Positions 37,426-46,980 are shown, counted from the stretch's first letter. The stretch is 47,549 nucleotides of DNA from Candidatus Buchananbacteria bacterium (GCA_014729025.1 WJKP01000031.1:1-47549), one strand, 5' to 3'. Notes: a model not told the origin generated them from the letters alone. A program made the numbers and translations.

Positions 37426-38193
37426 ATGGAAATAATTGAAGATCACAAAAAATATTATTTTATAATTTTTATTATTGTTTTTTTAATAACAGTTTTTATT
37501 GCTTCTTTTTCCTGGGCTTATAATCCTGATGTTTATCTTGACGATGACAAGGATGGCTTAAGCAATTATCAGGAAAAAGCTATTTATCAAACTTTTTGGT
37601 ATGATGCTGATAGTGATAAAGACGGCTATAATGACGGGCTTGAAGTCGCTAATGGTTATTCACCAAAACAAGCAAAGCTCAAGATGCGTGAAGCCGATAC
37701 TGATAATGACGGCTTAAATGATGCCTGGGAAATAAAATTGGGCACTAATTTAATGCTTCGTGATACTGATAATGATGGCTATTTAGACAGTACTGAAATT
37801 TATAACAATTATTCACCGACTGATTCTCAAGCGACTCAAATAAACAAACGAATTGAGGTTAGTACAACCGATTTAAATTTAAAATTTTTTATTAATGATA
37901 TTTTGGTAGACACCTTTCCTGTTTCTACTGGCAAACCAACAACACCAACGCCGTTGGGTGAATTTAAAATAATTGCCAAATATCCAATCAAACATTACAA
38001 TAATCTACCAAATACCAAATGGAATATGCATTTTGCCACTGTTAATGGCTTACGTTATTACATTCACGGTGCTTACTGGCATGATAAATTTGGCCAGGAA
38101 ACAGTTTCTGGAGGATGTGTTAATGTCCGTTACGAAGATATGGAACCGTTTTATAATCTAACTTCTATTGGTACTCCAGTAATTATTAATTAA
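37426..38193 (+). CDS. L,D-transpeptidase (YkuD) with Ca-binding DxDxDG repeats
   Basis: N-terminal TM; four DxDxDG(L/Y) repeats; PVSTG, TPLG, IHG, SGGCVN. Confidence 0.88.
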   Translation: MEIIEDHKKYYFIIFIIVFLITVFIASFSWAYNPDVYLDDDKDGLSNYQEKAIYQTFWYDADSDKDGYNDGLEVANGYSPKQAKLKMREADTDNDGLNDAWEIKLGTNLMLRDTDNDGYLDSTEIYNNYSPTDSQATQINKRIEVSTTDLNLKFFINDILVDTFPVSTGKPTTPTPLGEFKIIAKYPIKHYNNLPNTKWNMHFATVNGLRYYIHGAYWHDKFGQETVSGGCVNVRYEDMEPFYNLTSIGTPVIIN

Positions 38194-38205
38194 TAATTAA
38201 AATAT

Positions 38206-38853
38206 ATGACTTTTAAAAATCACCAAGAAGCCGGACAAAAACTGGCTCAAGAATTAAAAGAATTTAAAAATCAAAAAGATACAATTATTATTGCTTTGCC
38301 ACGCGGTGGCGTAGTAAATGCTTTTGAAATTGCCAAAGAATTAAACTTACCCCTTGATTTAGTCGTACCTCGTAAAATTGGTGCGCCTGGCCATGAAGAA
38401 TATGCAATTGGCGCTATCACTGAAAGTGGTGAAGGAATTTTTAATCAATCAGCCATTGATTCTCTTAATATTGGTCAAGAATATTTGAATAAAAAAATTA
38501 CTGAAGAAAAAAAAGAAGCCGAACGTCGTTTAAAAACTTATCGCCCGGATCGCCCAGCCTTGAATTTAAAAAATAAAACAGTAATTATTGTTGATGACGG
38601 CATTGCGACTGGTTTAACAATGCAAGCTGCCATTAAATCAGTTAAAGAAAAACAACCTAAAAAAATAATTGTTGCCGTACCGGTTTCAGCTAAAGATTCA
38701 TTAAAAAAAATAAAAGAATTGGTTGATCAAGTCATTTGTCTGCATACGCCATTCTTTTTTGGTGCTGTTGGTGCTTTTTATGAAACTTTTGAACAAACTC
38801 CTGATGAAAAAGTTATTGAATTAATGGCCAAATCAAAAAATTTTGGTAAATAA
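38206..38853 (+). CDS. Phosphoribosyltransferase-family protein
   Basis: ALPRGGV, RKIGAP, IIVDDGIATG. Confidence 0.9.
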   Translation: MTFKNHQEAGQKLAQELKEFKNQKDTIIIALPRGGVVNAFEIAKELNLPLDLVVPRKIGAPGHEEYAIGAITESGEGIFNQSAIDSLNIGQEYLNKKITEEKKEAERRLKTYRPDRPALNLKNKTVIIVDDGIATGLTMQAAIKSVKEKQPKKIIVAVPVSAKDSLKKIKELVDQVICLHTPFFFGAVGAFYETFEQTPDEKVIELMAKSKNFGK

Positions 38854-38891
38854 TTTTACGCTAAAATTATCTGAAGTGTAATCTCAAAATT

Positions 38892-39782
38892 ATGTATTTA
38901 TTTTCATTACCTAACACAAAAAATTTAGCCAAGAAAATTTACCCAAAAACTAAATTTAATTTAGGTGAATATGACAAAAAATTATTTAGCAACGGTGAAA
39001 TTTATTTGCAAATAAAAAATAGGGTTCGAGGAAAGACTGTGCATATTTTAGGCTCAACTTATCTGCCCCATGATAATCTTATTGAATTTTTAATTTTAAT
39101 TAATGCGCTTAAAGAAAATGGCGCTAAAAAAATCACGGCCATAATTCCTTATTTTAGCTATGCCCGCCAGGATAAAATTGACCAGCCAGGCTCACCAATT
39201 GCTGCCAAATTAATCGCAGGTTTATTTAAAAAAGCCGGAGTCAATCAATTTGTGACTATTGATATTCACAGTAAAAGAAATCAAAAATTTTTAGGCCCTG
39301 ATTTAACAAATTTAAATCCTTTAAATATGTTTGCTGATCATATTAGAAAAAATATCAGTTTAACAAATACTATTATAGTCGCACCTGATAATGGCGCTAA
39401 ACCACGCGCTAAAAAATTAGCCAAGCTATTAAATAATTTACCGGTTTTAGTACTGCAAAAAACAAGACCGAAACAAAATGTTGCCAAAATTTTGGAATTT
39501 AAAAAAAATATAGCCGGCAAAAATATTATTATGACTGACGATATGATAGATACTGCCGGTACTATAACTGCAGCTTGTCAGCAACTAAAAAGACATAAAG
39601 TGAAAAATATTCATATTTTTGCTACGCATGGCATTTTATCAGATCCGGCTATTAAAAGAATCCAAAAAGCACCAATTAAAAAAGTTATAATTACTGACAC
39701 TTATCCGATACCCAAAGCAAAACAAATTAAAAAAATAAAAATCTTGCCAATTACGCCTTTATTAATTAAACACTTCAAATAA
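38892..39782 (+). CDS. prs: Ribose-phosphate pyrophosphokinase
   Basis: FSNGE, PYFSYARQD, DIHS, APDNG, DDMIDTAGT. Confidence 0.93.
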   Translation: MYLFSLPNTKNLAKKIYPKTKFNLGEYDKKLFSNGEIYLQIKNRVRGKTVHILGSTYLPHDNLIEFLILINALKENGAKKITAIIPYFSYARQDKIDQPGSPIAAKLIAGLFKKAGVNQFVTIDIHSKRNQKFLGPDLTNLNPLNMFADHIRKNISLTNTIIVAPDNGAKPRAKKLAKLLNNLPVLVLQKTRPKQNVAKILEFKKNIAGKNIIMTDDMIDTAGTITAACQQLKRHKVKNIHIFATHGILSDPAIKRIQKAPIKKVIITDTYPIPKAKQIKKIKILPITPLLIKHFK

Positions 39783-39807
39783 CTTATAAAAATTAAAAAA
39801 GAGAGTA

Positions 39808-40791
39808 TTACTCTCTTTTTTTTAACAAATCATAAAGTATAGAAGCAATGGTAAAAGAATTATGCCTGATTAAAGCGCGGGTCAAATTATCACCTTTAAC
39901 TTTATGAGGAATTTTTTGACTAAGTAAATTTTTACCTAAAAATTTTGTCTTACGATCCTGAAAATCTTGTTCTGAAAATTCTACTGGATATTCACCTTCT
40001 TGAGCATAAGACAGCAAAAAATCTTCAGCCGGTTTTTGATTATTGTATATCACATAATCAAAAACTTCGTTTTGCCCCATATACTTTTCCAAAAGACAAA
40101 TAAAATCAATTATTCGAAAACCATGAGTATGATTCTTTTGAGTCATTAGGTTACAAATATAAACCTTAATAGCGCGGGAATCATTAATCGCGTCGCTAAT
40201 ATTTTCTACCAGCAAATTGGGTAAAATACTGGTATAAATATCACCGGGACAGATAACAATTAAATCACTGGCTAAAATCCGCTCGATTGCCCGCTGATTA
40301 GCCGAAGGATAAGGTTCAAAACTAATAGATTCAATCGGCTGATTTTTCAAATCAATTTGATGTTCACCGATAATCACCTGACCGTCAGGTGTTTTTGCTA
40401 CCAAACGAACATCGTCCAAAGTTACTGGGATAACTTCGCCTTTAACCTGCAATAATTCTCCGGCTCTTTGCAAAGCAGTTTCAAAATCATCAGTAATTTG
40501 CTGCAAAGCAGTAATAAATAAATTGCCAAAACTTTGCCCGGCTAAGCTGCCTTCTGTAAAACGATGATTAAAAAGTTGACGCCAAATATCTTCTGAATGA
40601 GATAAAGCAACCAAGCATTGCCGGACATCACCAGGCGGTAAAGCGCCCAATTCATCACGTAAGACTCCGGTTGATCCGCCGTCATCAGCCATGGCCACAA
40701 TTGCAGCCAAATCTAAATCCGGATAATTTCTTAAACCGGTTAAAATTGTATAAGAACCAGTACCACCGCCAATAACAGTTATTTTTTTCAA
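39808..40791 (-). CDS. yvcK: YvcK/GlmR (CofD-like) gluconeogenesis/cell-wall factor (SD-led, TTG start)
   Basis: IGGGTG, DDGGSTG, PPGDVRQCL, PGDIYTSILPNL; AAGGAGGTGA SD; own TTGACA-17-TAAATT promoter (40854-40826). Confidence 0.88.
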   Translation of the reverse strand: MKKITVIGGGTGSYTILTGLRNYPDLDLAAIVAMADDGGSTGVLRDELGALPPGDVRQCLVALSHSEDIWRQLFNHRFTEGSLAGQSFGNLFITALQQITDDFETALQRAGELLQVKGEVIPVTLDDVRLVAKTPDGQVIIGEHQIDLKNQPIESISFEPYPSANQRAIERILASDLIVICPGDIYTSILPNLLVENISDAINDSRAIKVYICNLMTQKNHTHGFRIIDFICLLEKYMGQNEVFDYVIYNNQKPAEDFLLSYAQEGEYPVEFSEQDFQDRKTKFLGKNLLSQKIPHKVKGDNLTRALIRHNSFTIASILYDLLKKRE

Positions 40792-40834
40792 TCCGCTCAC
40801 CTCCTTATAAAAATTTTATTATTTTAATTTAATA

Positions 40835-41617
40835 TTAAATTAAATTTTTGTCAACCTGATTAATTATTTGCCCTTCTTTTAGCCAAGACCAATATTTTTT
40901 CGGTATTAATTTCTTAGCCAATTTAGTGTTTTTACGTTCCGGAATAAAATTGGCCTGATAAAAAACTTCCCAAAATTTATCAAAATTATCTTTGGTAATC
41001 TGCAAATCAAATTTATTAGTGGCTAATTGATATAATTGATGCTGATAAAGAAAATAAACTGTTTTAGATGTTTTAATTAATAAATTATAACCAAAATATT
41101 TATTTTTAAAATTATTGATTACCAAATCACCCACCTGGCTATCCTCTTCAAAATAAGCCAATAAAAATTTTTCTTTACCTCTTTCAATTGGAATAAAACG
41201 AATGAACCCTAATGCGCGATGAATGTCGCTTTTTACTTGGCCGGTTAGATTAAGTAAATCCTTAGCTTCATTTGAAGTTTTATTATTAACATAAATTAAT
41301 CCGAATTTTAAAGCCTGACGAATTGTTTCAATGATTAATTTATATTTAAATTGTTTCCAATGCCGTAAAGCCAATTCAATTGTATTTTTAAATTGCCGAA
41401 ATTGTTCATCTTGATTTTTAAACCAATTAATTTTACCAAACTTCTGATTGTGCTGATCTAAAATTTCTTTCCAGTTTAACCTTTCTATCTCAATAAATTC
41501 TTCCGCCTGGAATAAATCATCCGGTTCATTTTGAGAACTTAAATAATAGCCGGTTAAATTACCGTATAAAACCGCATAAAAAATAGATTCAAATTTGTCT
41601 TTAAATTTTATGATCAT
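40835..41617 (-). CDS. DUF4130/TIGR03915-like probable DNA metabolism protein
   Basis: HRALGFIRF, FWEVFY...IPERKN...PKKYW; follows the radical SAM gene. Confidence 0.8.
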   Translation of the reverse strand: MIIKFKDKFESIFYAVLYGNLTGYYLSSQNEPDDLFQAEEFIEIERLNWKEILDQHNQKFGKINWFKNQDEQFRQFKNTIELALRHWKQFKYKLIIETIRQALKFGLIYVNNKTSNEAKDLLNLTGQVKSDIHRALGFIRFIPIERGKEKFLLAYFEEDSQVGDLVINNFKNKYFGYNLLIKTSKTVYFLYQHQLYQLATNKFDLQITKDNFDKFWEVFYQANFIPERKNTKLAKKLIPKKYWSWLKEGQIINQVDKNLI

Positions 41618-41622
41618 AATAT

Positions 41623-42840
41623 TTATAAAGCAAAAGCTAATTGCTCTTGATTTTGATTGGGTAATAAACTGTTTTCACCCAAAATCGGCAGAATTTTATT
41701 ATTAAAACTGGCCTGACCAAAATATTTTCCCTTTATTAAAATGAAATTTACAGCCCGTTTTAAAACCACGCCGATATTTTTAAGTTCTTCAAGGCTGGTA
41801 ATATGGAAATCTTTTCTGAGTTTGATGATTCGTCTGGCACTAATTTCACCAATACCCGGAATACGTAGTAAAGCCCGATACGACGCTTTATTAATTTCTA
41901 TTGGAAACTTATCTAAATTAAGTATTGCCCAAGCCATTTTGGGATCAAAATCAAGCGGTAAATTACCAGTCTGATCAAAAGGTAATTCCTGAAAAGCAAA
42001 ACCATAACGGCGCATCAACCAATCAGCCTGATAAAGCCGACTCTCTCTTTTCAAAGAAACTGGTTCTTTGACCGGTAAATTGCTGGCCTGATTAACAGGT
42101 ATAAAAGCCGAATAATATATCCGGCACAAATTAACTTTTTGATAAAGCCAGGCTGAAGTAGTAATAATTTCCCGATCATTTTCCCCTGAAGCTCCGATTA
42201 TCATTTGAGTAGTCTGGCCAGCCGGAATTTTTGTTTTATCATTTTTAATAATTTTTTTCATGCTTAACATTGGCGCTATTAAATCATGTTTAAAATCTTT
42301 TTCCGGACAAATTAATTCCAATTTATTGGTTGTGGGACATTCCAAATTAATACTCATACGATTGGCCAAAACAGCCCCCTTATTAATTAAGCCTGGCGAA
42401 ACACCTGGTAAAACTTTTAAATGTATATAACCGCGAAACTGATATTCAAAACGTAAAATTTCTATAACTTTTATCATTCTTTCCATTGTTTCTTCTGAGT
42501 TTTTATAAATACCAGAAGTTAAAAATAAACCCTCAACATAATTTCGTTTATAAAACTGAATAAAAAGGTCGGCCAACTCTCTTTCCCCAAAACAAGTCTT
42601 GAGCCGATCATTACTTTTACGATTAATACAGTATAAACAATCATTAATGCATTGATTGGTTAAAAGTACTTTAAATAAAGATATACAACGACCATCAGGC
42701 GTAAAAGAATGACAAACCCCCATACGAGACATATTACCAAAACCTTTACTCCCCCAATTTGACTGGCTACAAGCAGAAGAAGCACAAACATCGTATTTAG
42801 CAGCGTCGGTTAAAATTTTTAATTTATTTAAAATTTCCAT
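41623..42840 (-). CDS. Putative DNA modification/repair radical SAM protein (TIGR03916-like) with HhH
   Basis: AAKYDV, DGRCISLFK, CINDCLYC, RLYQADWL, IPGIG. Confidence 0.9.
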   Translation of the reverse strand: MEILNKLKILTDAAKYDVCASSACSQSNWGSKGFGNMSRMGVCHSFTPDGRCISLFKVLLTNQCINDCLYCINRKSNDRLKTCFGERELADLFIQFYKRNYVEGLFLTSGIYKNSEETMERMIKVIEILRFEYQFRGYIHLKVLPGVSPGLINKGAVLANRMSINLECPTTNKLELICPEKDFKHDLIAPMLSMKKIIKNDKTKIPAGQTTQMIIGASGENDREIITTSAWLYQKVNLCRIYYSAFIPVNQASNLPVKEPVSLKRESRLYQADWLMRRYGFAFQELPFDQTGNLPLDFDPKMAWAILNLDKFPIEINKASYRALLRIPGIGEISARRIIKLRKDFHITSLEELKNIGVVLKRAVNFILIKGKYFGQASFNNKILPILGENSLLPNQNQEQLAFAL

Positions 42841-43094
42841 AAATCAGCAATATTTTAAAATTAATTTCGGCTGGATTGATCAACCGTCAGAGCCCATAAC
42901 TTCTTACAGTTTTAATCCAGCCGAATTACCAACTTTTAGTTTTGCTTCCTATTTTAAAAAAAATAGGTTATATTTTTTTATTATTTAATTTTTAAACTTG
43001 GGTCACAAGTACTTATCAAGTCAAAAAAACGACAAATTAATTTACGATAAATGGATTTTTGTTTTCTGGACATATTGTTTTTAGTTAATAATTA

Positions 43095-43291
43095 TTGCAA
43101 AATATTTAAAATGATTTATAATAATAAAAGAGGGCTTAAGCTTTTAAGTTCTTCTGTCTCTTGTAACAGCAAGAGACAATAAATACACCAAGAACAGACT
43201 CACTCCATTCTATTGGGGTGAGTTTTGTTTAGAAGATACTAGCTTACTAAAATCCGACTCACCCCAAACAGATCAGAGTATATTAATAATT
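43095..43291. other. Hairpin-rich intergenic element downstream of lexA (candidate sRNA or attenuator)
   Basis: Plus TTGCAA-16-TATAAT, three hairpins, and the repeated gactcacYcca unit. Confidence 0.45.
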
Positions 43292-43300
43292 AAATTTTAA

Positions 43301-43912
43301 TTAAGCAGGATTAAATTTGCGAATAACTGCCCTAACCACTCCTTGCACCAAAACGTCTTTTGCGTAAATCGGTTTCATACTAGAATTAGCTGGTTGCAAC
43401 TTTATTCGATTAGATTCCTTATAAAACTTTTTTAAGGTAGCAAAACTGTTATCCAATAAAGCAACAACAACCTGTCCATTACGTGGACTGGAATTTTCTT
43501 CAACTATCACATAATCACCGTCATAAATACCTTCATCAATCATTGACTGGCCCTTAACTCGTAAAACATAAGATTTAGCTTCATCTTTGATAAAATCAAT
43601 GGGTACGGCAATTTGCTCACGCTCCTCTACCGCTTCAATTGGCTGACCAGCAGTAATTAAACCAGCCAAAGAAAGAAAAATTGCCTCAGCTTTTTCATCA
43701 TCAATTAATTCAATAGAACGTGCTTCATTGGGATCAATTTTTAAATAACCTTTATTTTGTAAAGCTTGCACATGTTCTGCTACGGTTGCTGTTGAAGATA
43801 AATTAAAATGCTGTCCAATTTCCCGGTAACTAGGCGCATAACCATAGTCATCAATAAAATCATTAATAAAATCTAAAATTTCTTTTTGTCTTTTTGTTAA
43901 ATTTTCACTCAT
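43301..43912 (-). CDS. lexA: SOS repressor LexA
   Basis: LTKRQKEILDFI, PSYREI, AG cleavage site, GQSM serine, TLKKF lysine. Confidence 0.96.
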   Translation of the reverse strand: MSENLTKRQKEILDFINDFIDDYGYAPSYREIGQHFNLSSTATVAEHVQALQNKGYLKIDPNEARSIELIDDEKAEAIFLSLAGLITAGQPIEAVEEREQIAVPIDFIKDEAKSYVLRVKGQSMIDEGIYDGDYVIVEENSSPRNGQVVVALLDNSFATLKKFYKESNRIKLQPANSSMKPIYAKDVLVQGVVRAVIRKFNPA

Positions 43913-43931
43913 ATTTTTAATATTAATTAAT

Positions 43932-43994
43932 AAACCGAAAACAAACCGAACAAATCATACTTTAATAATATACCGAACATAAACCGAATGTCAA
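43932..43994 (-). promoter_or_regulatory. lexA promoter with two direct-repeat operator candidates
   Basis: TTGACA 43994-43989; ACCGAA at 43934, 43945, 43972 and 43983 (11-nt period pairs). Confidence 0.7.
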
Positions 43995-44000
43995 GCCTAG

Positions 44001-44009
44001 TTATCCACA
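44001..44009 (+). promoter_or_regulatory. DnaA box
   Basis: Perfect TTATCCACA. Confidence 0.5.
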
Positions 44010-44013
44010 AATT

Positions 44014-44041
44014 AAAAAACCGACTATTTAGCCGGCTTTTT
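44014..44041 (-). terminator. Terminator after the DUF389 gene
   Basis: Minus aaaaagccggcta-aa-tagtcggtttttt. Confidence 0.7.
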
Positions 44042-44079
44042 AATTTCCCTCTCCTACAAATTTTAATATTATAAAAAAT

Positions 44080-44778
44080 CTATTTATTATTTCCATTTTT
44101 AGCTTCCGCAAGTTCTTTAGCTTCTTCCTTTAATTCTTTTTGAACAGCCTTTTTCTCAGGATAAAAACCCAACAAAGAAAAAACTATCAAGCTGCCCAAT
44201 AAAACCCCCAATAAATTAGCTAAAAATAATTCAAGTGAACCTGATAATACATGTAAATTCCAAAAAGAAATACCAATACCAATTACGACCAAAGGCGGCA
44301 ATAAAGCTATAGCAACCGCTACTCCGACCATTCTTTCAGAAAATTCATCTTTTGAGGTAGTAAAAGCAGCTGCGATACCTGACGCCACAGCTACCCCAAA
44401 ATACATATAATTAGAAAACATTCTGGCAATAATTTCATCATTAAGTTCTTTATTAATTACGAAAAATGAAATAACAACCGAAATAGCAACAACAAATAAA
44501 ATTGATGCGCCCAAAACTTTTAAAGATCTGGCTATTAATTTGGGATTAGCCATACTAATCCCCATACTAATAGCTAAAATTGGTGATAATAAAGGAGTTA
44601 CAATCATACCACCAATTACAATCGCAACATTATTCATTAAAATCCCAAAAGTCGTTATTATGGCTGAAACAATTAAAATTAAAAAAAAGGCGTGAGTTGG
44701 TGAACTTGATTCAATTAATTTTTCTATGGTGTCTCTTTTTTGTTTAGAAGTCAGTTTTAACAATTCAATTTTAGGCAT
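44080..44778 (-). CDS. DUF389/TIGR00341-like membrane protein
   Basis: IVIGGMIVTPLLSPI, GVAVAIALLPPL, LFLAN. Confidence 0.85.
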   Translation of the reverse strand: MPKIELLKLTSKQKRDTIEKLIESSSPTHAFFLILIVSAIITTFGILMNNVAIVIGGMIVTPLLSPILAISMGISMANPKLIARSLKVLGASILFVVAISVVISFFVINKELNDEIIARMFSNYMYFGVAVASGIAAAFTTSKDEFSERMVGVAVAIALLPPLVVIGIGISFWNLHVLSGSLELFLANLLGVLLGSLIVFSLLGFYPEKKAVQKELKEEAKELAEAKNGNNK

Positions 44779-44919
44779 AAAGTAATTATTATAAATTAAT
44801 TTATTACTAATCTAATTATAGCAAAATATTTTAAAATATTCAAAGCTTGATTTGGCATTTTTTATTTGTTAAGCTAAGATATAAGTTCCAATGCCTATTT
44901 AAATGTAAAGGAGGGAAAA

Positions 44920-45120
44920 ATGGCTAAAAAGAATAAAAAGCAAAAGACAAAAAGAGCTTGCTTAAGATGCGATCGCGAATTTATGTCAGATGGTATTTAT
45001 AATCGCATCTGCCCTAACTGCCGAGAAGCAAATTCCAATATCGGCATAATGGAACCTCATGAACAATTAAATTATCCTGGCTGGGGGGTAAGCAGAAGAT
45101 CTCTTTCAGACGAATCATAA
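44920..45120 (+). CDS. Small Zn-finger protein (SD-led)
   Basis: RACLRC...NRICPNC; AAGGAGG SD; TTGATT-17-TAAGCT promoter; terminator aaaacttccc/gggaagtttt. Confidence 0.75.
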   Translation: MAKKNKKQKTKRACLRCDREFMSDGIYNRICPNCREANSNIGIMEPHEQLNYPGWGVSRRSLSDES

Positions 45121-45142
45121 AACTTCCCGTTAAGGGAAGTTT

Positions 45143-46813
45143 TTATTTATTTAATTTTTTTAATTGACCCTTATTAAATATTAAAATATCCAATCTATCT
45201 TGTTCAAGTAATTGCAAATATTCATTCTGCAAATAAAAACGAATTTGGCTGGACGTATAATTATCATAATCATAACCCCATAATTCAAATACATAATTAT
45301 CCTTATATTTAGTCGGCAGACCAGTCACCCAATTGCCTTGATCAAAAGTTTCTGCCAACCAACCACCGGTCGGATACGAGCCCCAATATAAAATTTTCTG
45401 ATGCATATTTTGCCTTGTTAAATACAAATAAACTTGAAGTGTCTTGCCTTCAAATTGATAATTCGGATAATATAATCTGATAGCCAAATCAACAGCATTG
45501 CGAAACACCTGGGCGCCTTCCAAATTATCAGGCAAACTAATAAATAATAAAGTTTTATTTTGTTCATTTAAATTAATTACCTGGTGAAAATCTTGCTTAA
45601 TAACTTTTTCAGTTAATTGTCCTGCCAAATGCCAGGTGTAATTTTTATTTATTAAAGAAACAGAGAAATAAACCAGCAAACCAATAATCGCAAGATTGCG
45701 TAAAAATTTATCTTTTTTAATTTGCCAAATCAATAAACTCAATAAAATGCAAAAAACCACCGAAGGTAAATAATTATAACGTTCGCCTTCATTGGTAAAA
45801 TGGCCAAAAGCCAGAGGTAAAACAGGTAAAATTAAAATAATATAAAAATCCAGCAAAAAAGCCAGTTTAAATTTATATTTTCTTAAAACCAATAAAATCA
45901 AACTAACAATTAAAATTAATAATAAAATAAAAAATAATTTATTGGCCATAAAATAATCAGTCAATAAAATCCGCAAATCGCCATAAAAAAATAAATTAGT
46001 CAATAAAGCCACCAACATTTTAAAAATTTCAGTCAAATTAATTCTAAAAGTTTCCTCAGCATAATAACCGAAAAATAAACCAATTGCCCAATATCTGGCT
46101 AATAAATAAAATAATAAAATTGCAAAATAACCAATTACTCTGGTAATAATTTCTCGTAAAAAAAAATTGTTTTTACTTATTCCTTCATACAATTCCCAAA
46201 CTAAAATTAATAACGGCAAAGTAATGGCCAGTTCCTTGGTTAAAATTGCAATTATAAAACTTAGAATTGAAATAACAAGAAAATAAAACTTTTCTTTTTT
46301 ACGAAATAAAATATATAAATAAAAAGACAATAAATAAAAAAAAGCGGCTAATGGATCGCCCACTGCGGCTATCCAAATAATTGCCTCGCTATGATTGGGT
46401 AAAATAGCAAAAAACAAAGCTGCCAAAATCGCAACTTTATTTTTTTCTTTATAATTTTCAAATAAGGTCAAAGTCAATAAATAAATTAAAAAACAAACAC
46501 CAATATGAAAAATTAAATTAATTAAATGGTAACCAAGAGGATTTAAGCCAAATAAATTATAAGCTAAACTAAAAATCAAATTAAACATGGGCCGATAGCT
46601 GCCGCCCACGCCCTGCTCGCCAAAATAATTAGCTGAAAAATAATCAAGCAAAGAATACTGGCTGGTTTTGGTTGAATAAATCCAGTCAAAATCATCAGAC
46701 AAGAAGAAATCATTTAAATTAATTGCAAAAAAAGCTAGATTTAGCAAAATTAGACCTAAAAACAACCAAATATGAATTTTATTTATTTTTAACCCCACTC
46801 TTGACAAAATCAT
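45143..46813 (-). CDS. Multi-pass GT-C-type glycosyltransferase-like membrane protein
   Basis: SDD, YRP, YHLINL..H, HSEAIIWI, KE, ERYNYLP motifs; start uncertain. Confidence 0.8.
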   Translation of the reverse strand: MILSRVGLKINKIHIWLFLGLILLNLAFFAINLNDFFLSDDFDWIYSTKTSQYSLLDYFSANYFGEQGVGGSYRPMFNLIFSLAYNLFGLNPLGYHLINLIFHIGVCFLIYLLTLTLFENYKEKNKVAILAALFFAILPNHSEAIIWIAAVGDPLAAFFYLLSFYLYILFRKKEKFYFLVISILSFIIAILTKELAITLPLLILVWELYEGISKNNFFLREIITRVIGYFAILLFYLLARYWAIGLFFGYYAEETFRINLTEIFKMLVALLTNLFFYGDLRILLTDYFMANKLFFILLLILIVSLILLVLRKYKFKLAFLLDFYIILILPVLPLAFGHFTNEGERYNYLPSVVFCILLSLLIWQIKKDKFLRNLAIIGLLVYFSVSLINKNYTWHLAGQLTEKVIKQDFHQVINLNEQNKTLLFISLPDNLEGAQVFRNAVDLAIRLYYPNYQFEGKTLQVYLYLTRQNMHQKILYWGSYPTGGWLAETFDQGNWVTGLPTKYKDNYVFELWGYDYDNYTSSQIRFYLQNEYLQLLEQDRLDILIFNKGQLKKLNK

Positions 46814-46829
46814 AATAATATGTTATAAT
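46801..46829 (+). promoter_or_regulatory. Consensus sigma70 promoter
   Basis: TTGACA-17 nt-TATAAT with TG. Confidence 0.8.
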
Positions 46830-46850
46830 TATAAAAAGGATAAGTTAAGG

Positions 46851-46967
46851 CCCAGCCTCGCATTGGGCGAGGTGGCTGGGAGCTACACTGGCTCTTTGGC
46901 AAATGTCGGGGAACCGACAACAAATTACTCCGCTCGGAAGAGTGAGTAACCTTTCCCGGAAGGGAAA
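46851..46967 (+). ncRNA. GC-rich five-hairpin leader or sRNA with three GGAA tetraloops
   Basis: Hairpins at 46851-46880, 46880-46894, 46904-46919, 46925-46949 and 46952-46967. Confidence 0.5.
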
Positions 46968-46980
46968 AAAGGAGAAGAAA

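Noticed and set aside
37540-37800. Short DNA repeats (gatactgataatga) as a possible CRISPR or repeat array
   Set aside because: They encode the DxDxDG calcium-binding repeats of the L,D-transpeptidase.
46861-46872. CATTGGGCGAGG resembling the end of IS200/IS605 omegaRNA (HEARO)
   Set aside because: The rest of the motif is absent and the downstream ORF has no IscB/TnpB RuvC or HNH features.
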